Positions 20,301-30,685 of a DNA stretch of 64,000 nt are shown in pieces (position 1 is the first letter of the stretch; every line of letters begins with the position of its first letter). This stretch comes from an uncultured Nitrospiraceae bacterium (lineage in GTDB: Bacteria > Nitrospirota > Thermodesulfovibrionia > Thermodesulfovibrionales > UBA6898). The notes under the pieces are model-generated. The model was not told the DNA's origin. It saw only the letters and a program-made list of their open reading frames with translations, and ran no database searches. The stretch spans positions 128,001 through 192,000 of the forward strand of contig CAWEQH010000010.1 of assembly GCA_963811165.1 (NCBI GenBank). Direction: 5' to 3'. Position numbers and translations under genes: made by a program.

Positions 20301-23300
20301 ATGAACGGAATCGGAATATCGGGAAGGATAGCGAAGTATTTTATCAAATCGAAGCTTACGCCGCTGATCGTTGTGGCCGCGCTTTTGTCGGGTGTCTTTG
20401 CCGTGATCGTGACCCCCAGGGAAGAAGAGCCGCAGATCGTGGTGCCGATGATCGATGTGATGGTCGCCTATCCCGGGGCGTCGGCCAAAGAGGTGGAATC
20501 GCGCGTAACGGGACCCGTGGAGAAGCTGCTGTGGGAGATAAAAGGCGTCGAATACGTCTATTCGATCACAAAGCCGGGCATGAGCCTGACGATCGTGCGC
20601 TTTTATGTCGGCGAGAACGTGGAAGACAGCATCGTGAAGCTTTATAATAAGCTGATGTCCCATTATGACATCATCCCTCCCGGCGTTTCGCAGCCGCTGG
20701 TAAAGCCGAAGTCGATTGACGACGTCCCGATCGCCTCGTTTACGCTCTGGAGCGACCGCTACAGCGGCTATGAGTTACGCCGCATCGCCTTTGAGGTCTG
20801 CGACGAGATAAAGAAGGACAAAAATGTCTCTGAAACGATGGTCATCGGAGGGCAGAGAAGGCAGGTGAAGATCGCCCTCGACCCGGCCCGGCTGAAGGCG
20901 CATGGCGCCTCCGCGTTTCAGATTATGGGAGTGCTCCAAAAGGCCAATTTCATGATGCCCTCGGGTGCGTTTTCAACCGGCAACAGGGAATATCTTGTTG
21001 ATACCGGCGGTTTTCTGAAAAATGCGGATGAGGTCGGCGCGTTGGTTGTCGAAGTCTTTAACGGCAGGCCGGTGTATCTGAGGGATGTTGCGGCCATTTC
21101 CGATGGGCCTGAGGAGCCGGCGAATTATGTTTTTATGGGTCTGGGACCCGCTGCTTCCGATAAGGGAATCAGTGCGAAATATTCGAAAACAGGACAATAC
21201 GAGGCGGTCACGGTCACGGTCTCGAAGAAGAAGGGCTCGAATGCGAGTATCGTTGCCGATGAAGCGATAAGGAAGATCGCTGCCCTTGCGCGGGACCTAT
21301 ATCCCCTCCGGCGTCGAGGTCACGACCACAAGGAATTACGGCGAGACAGCAAAGGAGAAATCCGATGAGCTGCTCGAACATCTTTTGATCGCTTCTCTTT
21401 CCGTCATCATACTGATCGCGCTCGTGCTGGGATGGAGGGAGTCCGTTGTGGTGGCCGTTGCCGTCCCGGTGACCCTTGCCCTTACCCTTTTGATCAATTA
21501 TCTTTACGGGTATACCCTCAACAGGGTGACCCTCTTTGCCCTTATCTTTTCCATCGGTATCCTTGTGGACGATGCGATCGTCGTGGTAGAAAACATCCAC
21601 AGGCATTTCAAGCTCCACAAGATCGACCCGCTGACCGCAGTGCTCGCGGTGGATGAGGTGGGCAACCCGACCATTCTCGCGACGTTCACCGTGATCGCCG
21701 CGCTTCTGCCGATGGCCTTCGTGACGGGCCTTATGGGTCCTTATATGAGGCCGATCCCGGTCGGGTGCGTCTGCGGCAATGATATTTTCCCTGCTGATAG
21801 CCTTTATCGTGAGCCCATGGATGAGTTATAAGGTCCTGAAGGATGTAAAGACCGGCGGTCATACCGAAGAGGGCGGGAAACTCCATCATCTATATGAAAA
21901 GAATGCTCGGCCGCTGATCGAAAGCAAGAGGAAGCGCATTATAGCGCTTGCCGTTGTGCTTGGGCTCCTGGGACTGTCGCTTCTCCTGATCCCTTAAAAG
22001 GGGTGAAACTGAAGATGCTTCCCTTCGACAACAAGAGCGAACTGCAGGTGATCGTGGACATGCCGGAAGGGGTAACGCTTGAAGAAAGCGCAGCGCTCGG
22101 CAAGGGAGATCGGCGATTATCTAAAGACCGTGCCTGAAGTGACGGACTATCAGACTCTATGTCGGGACTGCGGCCCCGTATAATTTCAATGGTCTCGTAA
22201 GACATTATTTCCTCCGCTCCGGAAGCAACGTCGTCGATTTACAGGTCAACTTCGTGGGGAAAGAAGAACGTTCCGCACAAAGCCATGAGATCGCCAAAAG
22301 GATGAGGCCCGGGAACGAAAAGATAGGACTAAGGTACGGTGCAAGGATAAAGATCGCCGAGATCCCGCCCGGCCCGCCTGTGCTGAGTACCCTTGTTGCC
22401 GAGATATACGGACCTGATGAAGACGGGCAGATCGGGACGGCAAGGGATGTAAAAAGAATATTCGAGACTACCGCAGGCGTTGTGGACGTGGACTGGTACG
22501 TCGAGGACGATCAAAAAAAATTCACCTTTGATGTCGACAAGGAGAAGGCTGCTGAAAACGGCATATCCACCGAAGCGGTCATCCCAAACACTGAGGACCG
22601 CGCTCGGGCGGGATGACTGCGGGACTTGCGCATATGGCGAGAGAGAAAGAGCCCGTGGAACTGTTCCTGAGGATGCCCCTCGCCGAACGGTCATCCGTAA
22701 GTGCACTACACGAGGTTTCGGTGGCCTCTTCGACCGGCAGGCTCGTCCCGCTTTCTGACATAGTCAGGACCAAAGAGGGGACAGAAGAGAAGACGATTTA
22801 TCATAAGAACCTCAAGAGGGTCGTGTATGTATAGGGGATGTTGCGGGAGGGGCCGAAAGCCCTGCTTACGCGATACTTGCGATGAAGGACAGGATCAAGA
22901 ATCTGAAACTTGCCGAAGGCTATGAGCTCACGCAGTATTATGCGCATCAGCCTTGGCTTGAAAATAAATATGCCATGAAGTGGGACGGGGAGTGGCAAAT
23001 TACGTACGAAGTATTCAGGGACCTCGGCATCGCCTTTGCCGCTGTGCTCATTCTGATATATATACTGGTGGTCGCATGGTTCAGGAATTTCGTGACACCG
23101 CTGATCATCATGGCGCCGATACCGCTGACGCTTGTGGGCATACTCCCGGGGCATTGGATATTCGGCGCGTTTTTTACGGCGACGTCCATGATAGGGTTTA
23201 TCGCGCTTGCCGGCATCATTGTTCGAAATTCGATCCTCCTTATAGATTTCGTCCAGTTGGAGTGGAGGGAGTGCGGGGGATTGAAAGAAGCGCTTATACG

Positions 23301-23556
23301 TGCCGGCGCGGTCCGTTTCAGACCTATCGTCCTGACGGCCGCAGCAGTGGTCGTCGGGTCTTTTGTGATGCTTTTCGACCCCATATTCCAGGGGCTTGCG
23401 ATCGCGATGATGTTCGGGGCCGTTGCTGCAACAGCGCTCACCTTGGTAGCGGTGCCGCTTCTGTACTATGAATTTTTCAAGGAGCGCGTCTGCCCGCTTA
23501 GGGTTGAGGAGTTCGAGCAGAAGAAGGAAGACGCGGAAGTGCAGAAAGAAGGGTGA
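20301..23556 (+). pseudogene. AcrB/CzcA-type RND transporter split by about 8 single-base indels (pseudogene or sequencing error)
   Basis: [48 protein letters not shown] found in successive frames; breaks near 21285, 21763, 21995, 22099, 22155, 22581, 22607, 22830. Confidence 0.85.
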
Positions 23557-23573
23557 TTTTTTACCGGGGATTC

Positions 23574-23582
23574 TGCTATAAT
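23574..23582 (+). promoter_or_regulatory. consensus extended -10 promoter
   Basis: TGCTATAAT about 50 nt upstream of ATG 23633. Confidence 0.6.
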
Positions 23583-23632
23583 TAAGAAATACTGCAACTA
23601 GGCAACAGTTGATTATAAAGGAGGATTACGTG

Positions 23633-23824
23633 ATGTCATATAACAGGTGTAAATGCCAGAAATGCGGAAGCGAGTTTGCGACCTTGCTCGACAATGATCT
23701 CGAACTTCAAAAAGAGAAATGCCCAAAGTGCGGGGAGAGAGAGCTGAAATTGTCCGGTGCCCTGAGTTTTTCTGAGATGAGCAATCTGTTTTCGGGAGGC
23801 GGCTGAAGCCCCAGGGGTTGCTGA
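23633..23824 (+). CDS. FmdB-like zinc-ribbon protein, probable selenoprotein (UGA 23804-23806 read as Sec; otherwise ends at 23806)
   Basis: RBS AAGGAGG; CQKC...CPKC; tail SGGG-(TGA)-SPRGC-(TGA); SECIS-like hairpin 23823-23839. Confidence 0.7.
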
Positions 23825-23858
23825 GACCGGTCGGGTCTCCTAAGAAGATAAATAACGG

Positions 23859-23895
23859 AAGGGCGTGCCTGATATGGGCACGCCCTTTATTTTTA
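23859..23895 (+). terminator. intrinsic terminator
   Basis: AAGGGCGTGCC-N7-GGCACGCCCTT followed by TATTTTT. Confidence 0.85.
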
Positions 23896-23941
23896 TCGCG
23901 CTTCGTGTTTATTTTATATATACAATCTCAGCGGAGGGCCT

Positions 23942-25480
23942 ATGAAACGGTTTATGCCGGTTTTAATTTCGCTTGCGCTTTTTGTGTTATTTCTCACGCC
24001 GGCAAGGGGTGGGCAGCATCTCCTTAGGATACTTTATGTGAATGATTTTCACGGCTTTGCAGAGCCGTACACGCCGCTCGGTTCTGACAAGCTTCAAGGA
24101 GGTATTGCGTATCTTGCCGGCGAAGTCGGGAGGCTCCGTGCGGAGAAGCCGTCTCTCCTGCTGGCAGCGGGAGACATGATACAGGGCAATAACTGGACGA
24201 ACTTTTTCAAAGGTGAGTCCGCTATCGAGGTTATGAACGCCATGCGGTTCGATGCGATGGTGGTGGGCAATCATGAATTCGATTTTGGAAAGGATGTGCT
24301 CAGAAAAAGGATAGCAGAGGCAAAATTTCCTGTGCTCGGCGCAGACGTCGAAGGTCTTGGTTTGCTCAAGCCCTATGTGGTAAAGGAAATAGGCGGCCTG
24401 AGAGTGGGGATAATCGGGGTAGTGACGGAGGACACCCCGGTAGCCACCCATCCCAGGAATATAGCAGGACTGAAATTTGTTTCGCCCTCAGAGTCGGTTC
24501 TCAGGTATGTAGGAGAACTTAAGGGGAGGGTCGATGTGATCATCGTACTTTCCCATATCGGCTATGCCGCCGACAGGGCTCTTGCCGAAAGCGTAAAGGG
24601 GATAGATGTTATTGTGGGCGGGCATTCCCACACAAAGCTGGACAGACCCGTGACCGTGGGCGATACGATTATAGTTCAGGCGTGGGAGCACGCCAAGGCG
24701 CTCGGAGTGCTCGATCTTTCCGTTGAAGATGGTAAGGTCGCAGGATTTACAGGAAGACTTGATGAGATCTTCCCCTCGCCGGGAAAAGAAGACAAGACCG
24801 TAATGGCGATAGTCGATAAATATGAAAATAAGACAGATGCAGTTTTTGGTGAAGTTATCGGAGCGGCAGGGGTCGACCTCGACGGAGAGAACGTGCGAAA
24901 GAGAGAAACAAATCTCGGGGACCTCATTGCCGATATCATGAGGCAGATGTCGGGAGCGGATGCCGCAATAATAAACGGAGGCGGGATAAGGACCAGTATC
25001 CACAGAGGGCCGATACGGGTGAAAGACGTGTATTCGGTTCTGCCGTTTGACAATTATGTCGTTTCCGTCAAGCTTACGGGCGCCCAGCTCAGGCAGGTGC
25101 TCGAACACGGCGTGTCTGCGGTCGAACAGGGCGAGGGAAGGTTCCCCCAGGTCTCGGGCATTGCGTTTTCTTTCGATCCATCAGCGCCCGCAGGGTCGAG
25201 GGTCCGGGAGATCGCCGTCGACGGCCGTCCGCTCGATGCCGGCAGGGAATATTCGGTTGCGACAAACGACTTCCTTGCCGCAGGAGGTGACGGGTACAAG
25301 GTGTTCGGAGATGCGGTAAGAGAGTCAAAGGACTTTGCGGTAGCGGGCGGCATGATGAAGGGAGAGAAACTCCTCTATAACGATTCGGGGCGATGGCTGA
25401 GGGACATGGTGATCGAATACATTAAGGAGCATGAGATGATTGAGCCTGCGGTTGAGGGCAGGATTAAAGATGTCCGCTGA
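23942..25480 (+). CDS. periplasmic 5'-nucleotidase / bifunctional metallophosphatase
   Basis: Signal peptide, NDFHG, AGD, GNHEFD, LSH, GGHSH, NGGGIR, FPQVSG. Confidence 0.93.
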   Translation: MKRFMPVLISLALFVLFLTPARGGQHLLRILYVNDFHGFAEPYTPLGSDKLQGGIAYLAGEVGRLRAEKPSLLLAAGDMIQGNNWTNFFKGESAIEVMNAMRFDAMVVGNHEFDFGKDVLRKRIAEAKFPVLGADVEGLGLLKPYVVKEIGGLRVGIIGVVTEDTPVATHPRNIAGLKFVSPSESVLRYVGELKGRVDVIIVLSHIGYAADRALAESVKGIDVIVGGHSHTKLDRPVTVGDTIIVQAWEHAKALGVLDLSVEDGKVAGFTGRLDEIFPSPGKEDKTVMAIVDKYENKTDAVFGEVIGAAGVDLDGENVRKRETNLGDLIADIMRQMSGADAAIINGGGIRTSIHRGPIRVKDVYSVLPFDNYVVSVKLTGAQLRQVLEHGVSAVEQGEGRFPQVSGIAFSFDPSAPAGSRVREIAVDGRPLDAGREYSVATNDFLAAGGDGYKVFGDAVRESKDFAVAGGMMKGEKLLYNDSGRWLRDMVIEYIKEHEMIEPAVEGRIKDVR

Positions 25481-25492
25481 AGCTATTTTTTG

Positions 25493-25672
25493 ATGAGGGT
25501 CTACGTAAACAATAAGCCGGTCGAAATCCTGCGAGGCATGAAGGTCAAACACGCCCTCCTCAGTTCGGGTCTGCTGCGTGAGGTAGGTCCGAAAAAGGTC
25601 TGTGACGAGTGGGGCAACGAGATCGGTCTTGACGGTGCGCTCAGAGAGGGAATGAAGATTTATGTGAAGTGA
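25493..25672 (+). CDS. small beta-grasp/ThiS-like hypothetical protein lacking the C-terminal GG
   Basis: MRVYVNNKPVEI...LREGMKIYVK pattern; directly follows the nucleotidase gene. Confidence 0.6.
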   Translation: MRVYVNNKPVEILRGMKVKHALLSSGLLREVGPKKVCDEWGNEIGLDGALREGMKIYVK

Positions 25673-25828
25673 ATTCTTTGGTAGTGTCCCGCTTTGAGAG
25701 GCGCTGCCCATTCTTGCTGAATTTTGTATCGGCGACGGTAAAAACTGTTATACTACGTACGACATACATCGTTAGTCGTTGTCTTTTATGTGTTCGCATT
25801 TTCCGGTGATCATTGAGAAAGGGTGAAA

Positions 25829-26269
25829 ATGAATAAGGGCGTTAAGCATAAAGAAAAGGTCGATAAGTTTGAAGGCGTGCGGAAAAAGCTGACCGCAATG
25901 CGGCAGGATATCATGAAAGAGGCAAAGGCGGAGGTCGATCAGATCCTCAATGAAGAAGATAGGTACAATGGCGTTTCCGACGACGGAGATTTTGCGGATG
26001 TCGCATCCAGGGACGCGGTGCAGGCCTCGAAATTGGCGCGGCACCGGTCCCGATTGAAAGTTATAGAAGAAGCGCTCCGCAAGATCGACGCAGGCACCTA
26101 CGGCATTTGTGACGACTGCGAGGAAGAAATCCCGGCAGGAAGACTGAATGTCATGCCCTTTGCATTACGGTGTGTTGACTGTCAGGAAAAGCACGAGATA
26201 ATGATTTCGGAGGGTGAAGATACGGTTGTATCGTTACCCGTAGCTGCAGAGGAGGAAAAGGCTGATTAA
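25829..26269 (+). CDS. DksA/TraR family C4 zinc-finger protein
   Basis: Coiled coil with DFADVA (DxxDxA), GTYGICDDC...RL...CVDC. Confidence 0.92.
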   Translation: MNKGVKHKEKVDKFEGVRKKLTAMRQDIMKEAKAEVDQILNEEDRYNGVSDDGDFADVASRDAVQASKLARHRSRLKVIEEALRKIDAGTYGICDDCEEEIPAGRLNVMPFALRCVDCQEKHEIMISEGEDTVVSLPVAAEEEKAD

Positions 26270-26438
26270 GTCCGGACAACAGGACGAATGTGAGCCCCGT
26301 ATTCCATGGACCGGTTATATTGCACACATACGCAATACGCCCTGGCTTTTTTTATCGACTCAGGCGGTACATGCGGTAAGAGGTAAGCATTGAAGCGATG
26401 AAACAATAATTTCCATGGGTGCGATGCAGGGAGGAAGT

Positions 26439-26678
26439 ATGACCGATACGGCCCAAAAAATTATGGAATTATTTACACGACACGGCAAGACGGAGCCGGG
26501 AATGGTTATCCCTTCCTACGACTTGACCTCCAATGCGAAGAAGTGGGGGCAAAATCATTTCAAAAAACTTCGGGATGCGATGGAAGAACTGAAACAGGAG
26601 GGACATGTTATCATCACTCCTTCCGGCGGGCTGGAGCTTACCGAAGAAGGCTATAATTACCTTTTTAACGAAGTCTGA
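26439..26678 (+). CDS. small hypothetical protein, winged-helix-like
   Basis: RBS GGAGG; AMEELKQEGHV...LELTEEG pattern. Confidence 0.6.
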   Translation: MTDTAQKIMELFTRHGKTEPGMVIPSYDLTSNAKKWGQNHFKKLRDAMEELKQEGHVIITPSGGLELTEEGYNYLFNEV

Positions 26679-26794
26679 TTTTTTTTATTTTCCTCAGCCA
26701 GGTACACCTACCGGAGAATATCTTTCTCTGAAATCAATGCTCCATGGTATCCATTCAGTTGTGGGTTATAAAGACACGGCACTTGAAGACACGG

Positions 26795-26988
26795 GTACGG
26801 CTTCAGTTACGAGTAAGATTATGGTATGTATGCCGTCATGCCGGACTAGATCCGGCATCCAGCGACTTTTCCGCGTTCCGGCGGATTCGCCGAGGTGAAA
26901 AGGCCAGGTCACTGGATTCCGGCTCAACACACTGCCGGAATGACTGACAGAAGAGTCAATGCCTTTTGACCCATAACTGAAGTCTTAC
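26795..26988. mobile_element. MITE-like element, copy 2 (194 bp; about 30 bp extra internal hairpin; no target duplication)
   Basis: Colinear with 8412-8575 including both TIRs; insertion around 26870-26899 contains CGGCG-GATT-CGCCG. Confidence 0.85.
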
Positions 26989-27046
26989 GCATCGTAGGGC
27001 AGTCAGCGTGTATAGCAGTCCTTTTTTATGTTATTATTAATGCCTT

Positions 27047-27778
27047 ATGCAACAGAGACTTCAGAAGATAATCGCTGAGATGGGCATTGCCTCCCGCAGG
27101 AAGGCAGAGGAATTGATTATAGAGGGGCGGGTCAGGGTAAACGGGCAGGTTGCGACCATAGGAATGAAGGCCGACCTTCTCAGGGACCATGTAAAAGTGG
27201 ACGGGAAACTGCTTACCCGGCCAGAAAAAAAAGTCTATTACATCTTTAACAAGCCGCGCGGCGTGGTCACCTCGATGAGCGACCCCCAGGGCAGGCCGAC
27301 GGTCAATGATTTTCTGAGGGGGATCAAGCAGAGGGTCTATCCGGTCGGAAGGCTCGATTACGATTCCGAAGGAATGCTCATCCTTACAAACGACGGCGAA
27401 CTGGCGTATGCCATCCTTCATCCTTCGAAAAAGATCCCCAAGACCTACCTGGTGAAGGCCAAGGGGGTACTCGAAGACGCAGACATCGAAAAGTTATCGA
27501 AAGGGATGAAGCTTGACGGGGTCATGACTGCGCCCGCGAAGGTGAGGCGGCTTAGGAAGACGGAGAATAATTCCTGGCTCGAAATGACGATTTACGAGGG
27601 CAGGAAGCGGCAGATCAGGAAGATGCTTGAGAGAGTGGGGCATCCTGTCATAAGGCTGATGAGGGTCAGGATCAACGGTCTTGAGATGGGGGAACTCAGC
27701 CCCGGGGCATTTCGGCGGCTGACGCAGGAGGAAATGAAGAAGCTCGGCAAGGAATTGCATTTATGGGAGGCGGCATGA
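27047..27778 (+). CDS. rluB: rRNA pseudouridine synthase, RluB/RsuA family
   Basis: S4 domain [33 protein letters not shown]. Confidence 0.88.
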   Translation: MQQRLQKIIAEMGIASRRKAEELIIEGRVRVNGQVATIGMKADLLRDHVKVDGKLLTRPEKKVYYIFNKPRGVVTSMSDPQGRPTVNDFLRGIKQRVYPVGRLDYDSEGMLILTNDGELAYAILHPSKKIPKTYLVKAKGVLEDADIEKLSKGMKLDGVMTAPAKVRRLRKTENNSWLEMTIYEGRKRQIRKMLERVGHPVIRLMRVRINGLEMGELSPGAFRRLTQEEMKKLGKELHLWEAA

Positions 27779-29559
27779 TTCGCAATAAGGGCTGCGGTGA
27801 AATCCGCGAGACAGATATACATTCCGTGATGACCATCGCCGGATGGGTATTCAGGCGGAGGGACCACGGCGGACTCATATTTATAGACTTAAGGGACAGA
27901 AGCGGCATCTGCCAGGTGGTCTTCAGTCCGGATGTCGCGGCCGAGGCCCACGAGAGGGCCCATGACCTGAGGTCAGAATACGTAATCGCGGTCAAAGGGG
28001 AGATAAGGAAAAGGCCGGAAGGTACTGAAAACACGGGCATGCCGACCGGCATGGTAGAGTTATACATACAGACCCTTGAGGTACTGAACGAGTCGGCTCC
28101 TCTGCCCTACAGCATGGAAGAAGCGGCTGAGGCGGGCGAAGCTCTGCGTCTTAAACACCGGTATCTCGACCTGCGAAGGCCGGAGATGCAGGGGAACCTT
28201 ATCATGCGCCACCGCGTCGCAAAGGCCATGAGGGACTTCCTCGATGAGAAGGGTTTTCTCGAGATCGAGACCCCCATGCTTACGAAGTCTACTCCCGAGG
28301 GCGCACGCGATTACCTTGTGCCGAGCCGCTTAAACCCAGGACATTTTTATGCGCTTCCCCAGTCGCCTCAGCTGTTTAAACAGATACTGATGGTCGCCGG
28401 CATGGAGAGGTATTTTCAGGTAGTGAAGTGCTTCCGCGACGAAGACCTCAGGGCCGACCGCCAGCCGGAATTTACCCAGGTCGATCTTGAGATGTCATTT
28501 ATCGATAGGGAAGACATCCTTTCCCTTATTGAGGAGATGATGAAGAGCCTTTTCAATAACGTCCTCGGCGTTGATCTCAAAACACCGTTTGAGAGGCTGA
28601 GTTACCAGGAGTCAATGGACAGGTTCGGCAACGATAAGCCCGACCTCAGGTTCGGCCTCGAGCTCAGAGACATGGCCGATCTGGCCGCGAGGGGGACGTT
28701 CAAGGTTTTTCTTGACGCGCTTCAGGGTGGGGGCATGGTGAAGGCGATAAACGGCAAGGGTATGGCGGGGCTGTCGAGGAAAGAGATAGATACGCTTACT
28801 GCCGAGGCCCAGTCCTTTGGCGCAAAGGGGCTCGCATGGATAAAGATGAAAAACGGGTTCGAATCCCCGATCGCGAAGTTTTTCCCTGAAGAGGTGCTGA
28901 AGGAAATGTCCGGCAGACTGGGGGCGGAGGAAGGCGATTTGATGCTCTTCGTGGCCGACAAGGCAAAGGTTGTCTATGATGTCCTGAGCCGTATGAGACT
29001 TGAACTCGGCAAAAAGCTCAATCTTGTGCAGGGAGGGTTCAGGTTTGTATGGGTGCTCGATTTCCCTCTCCTTGAATGGGACGAAGAGGAAGAGAGGTTC
29101 CAGGCGATGCACCATCCGTTCACATCTCCTCTTGACGACGATATCGCCAGGATGAAAGAAGGTGCCGGGGAAAGGAGCACGCTCTCTTTGCTGAAGGCGA
29201 AGGCATATGACATCGTCCTAAACGGCTACGAGATCGGCGGGGGGAGTATCCGTATCCACAGGCCCGATGTGCAGAGGAGTATGTTCGAGATACTGGGGAT
29301 TTCCGAGGAGGACGCCAGAGTGAAATTCGGGTTTTTGCTTGATGCATTGCAATACGGCGCGCCGCCGCACGGCGGGCTTGCGCTGGGACTCGACAGGCTC
29401 GTGATGCTGATGGTAGGGGCCACATCCATAAGGGACGTGATCGCCTTCCCAAAGACGCAGAAGGCGTTTTGCATGATGTCGGGCGCCCCTTCGACCGTAG
29501 ATCCGAAGCAGCTCAAGGAACTTCATATCAAGACCGATATCGTTGTCGATAAGACGTAA
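27763..29559 (+). CDS. aspS: aspartate--tRNA ligase
   Basis: [46 protein letters not shown]. Confidence 0.98.
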   Translation: MGGGMIRNKGCGEIRETDIHSVMTIAGWVFRRRDHGGLIFIDLRDRSGICQVVFSPDVAAEAHERAHDLRSEYVIAVKGEIRKRPEGTENTGMPTGMVELYIQTLEVLNESAPLPYSMEEAAEAGEALRLKHRYLDLRRPEMQGNLIMRHRVAKAMRDFLDEKGFLEIETPMLTKSTPEGARDYLVPSRLNPGHFYALPQSPQLFKQILMVAGMERYFQVVKCFRDEDLRADRQPEFTQVDLEMSFIDREDILSLIEEMMKSLFNNVLGVDLKTPFERLSYQESMDRFGNDKPDLRFGLELRDMADLAARGTFKVFLDALQGGGMVKAINGKGMAGLSRKEIDTLTAEAQSFGAKGLAWIKMKNGFESPIAKFFPEEVLKEMSGRLGAEEGDLMLFVADKAKVVYDVLSRMRLELGKKLNLVQGGFRFVWVLDFPLLEWDEEEERFQAMHHPFTSPLDDDIARMKEGAGERSTLSLLKAKAYDIVLNGYEIGGGSIRIHRPDVQRSMFEILGISEEDARVKFGFLLDALQYGAPPHGGLALGLDRLVMLMVGATSIRDVIAFPKTQKAFCMMSGAPSTVDPKQLKELHIKTDIVVDKT

Positions 29560-29752
29560 GGTTATCTCAAAATATCAGCCGGTAGAGGTGGTTCCGGGCG
29601 AGAAGTATAGCCACAACTTCGCATTTTCCAAGTCGGTAGATGGCTCTCAATTTACGAGATGAATGATGCACTGCTGCCGTTATGATGTCCGATTGAAAAG
29701 AGGTAAACCAGCGAGCTTCAACCTTGCATCTACCAATATCTCACCATTTTTT

Positions 29753-30685
29753 TCATAAAGCTTTCTCCTCCACTACCACACAACTTACTTCAACCCGGTT
29801 TCGCCCCTTCTCTTTCGCCCGGTAGAGGGCTGTGTCGGCTTCCCGGATGAGAGAGTCCATATCAGCTCTCTTTCGTCCTCCGCTTAATGCAGCCCCCAAA
29901 CTCATGCTACAGGATATCATCCCCTCTGGCGTGTCCATTTTGTCGCGGCATATGCATATGCACAGCCTTTCGGCAAGATCGAAGATACTCTTGTCGTCAC
30001 ACCCCGGCGCCACAAGGAGGAATTCCTCTCCGCCATAGCGGCCGATGGCATCGTACGGCCGCATTACTGCGGTCATTCGCTTTGCGGTGAGACGAAGCAC
30101 CGCATCCCCGGCCTGATGGCCATAGGTGTCATTGACTGTCTTGAAGTGATCGAGGTCGGCCATTAGCACGCCTACGCATGTCCCCTGCCGCGCGGCCCTT
30201 TCCATCTCGATCCCGAGGATTCGGAGGATCTCCTCATGGTTGCAAAGACCCGTAAGCGGATCGTGGCTTGCCTTTGCCCGGAGCGCTTCGCGGGCTTCGA
30301 TGAGTTCATCCTGGAGTTCGATAATCCGCCTCCCCGCCCTCAGGCGAACCCTGAGCTCATTGGATCTGAAGGGCTTGGTGATATAGTCGTCGGCCCCTGC
30401 CTCCATCCCTATTACTATATCTTCTTCCCTCTGGAGTGTCGTGAGAAGGATTATATATGTATAAGGTTCCCTTGATTCCTTTCTGACTCTTCGGCAAACC
30501 TCTACCCCGTCGATTCCCGGCATCATCCAATCAAGTACCGCCATACTCGGAGCATACTTGGCTCTGAGGGTATCCCACGCCTCTTCACCGTTGCAGGTAA
30601 TGACCACATCATAGCCCCACTTGGCCAGTTTGGCTTCGAGAAGACGCCGTGAAACAGCGTCATCCTCCGCGATCAGTATTCTCAT
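29753..30685 (-). CDS. response-regulator diguanylate cyclase (REC-GGDEF)
   Basis: AEDD/LDWMMP receiver; RYGGEEF active site with RPYD I-site. Confidence 0.95.
   Translation of the reverse strand: MRILIAEDDAVSRRLLEAKLAKWGYDVVITCNGEEAWDTLRAKYAPSMAVLDWMMPGIDGVEVCRRVRKESREPYTYIILLTTLQREEDIVIGMEAGADDYITKPFRSNELRVRLRAGRRIIELQDELIEAREALRAKASHDPLTGLCNHEEILRILGIEMERAARQGTCVGVLMADLDHFKTVNDTYGHQAGDAVLRLTAKRMTAVMRPYDAIGRYGGEEFLLVAPGCDDKSIFDLAERLCICICRDKMDTPEGMISCSMSLGAALSGGRKRADMDSLIREADTALYRAKEKGRNRVEVSCVVVEEKAL

Noticed and set aside
26605..26947. ORFs overlapping MITE copy 2 (and 60204-60533 over the REP cluster)
   Set aside because: Translations of palindromic repeat DNA, with no RBS or motif support.
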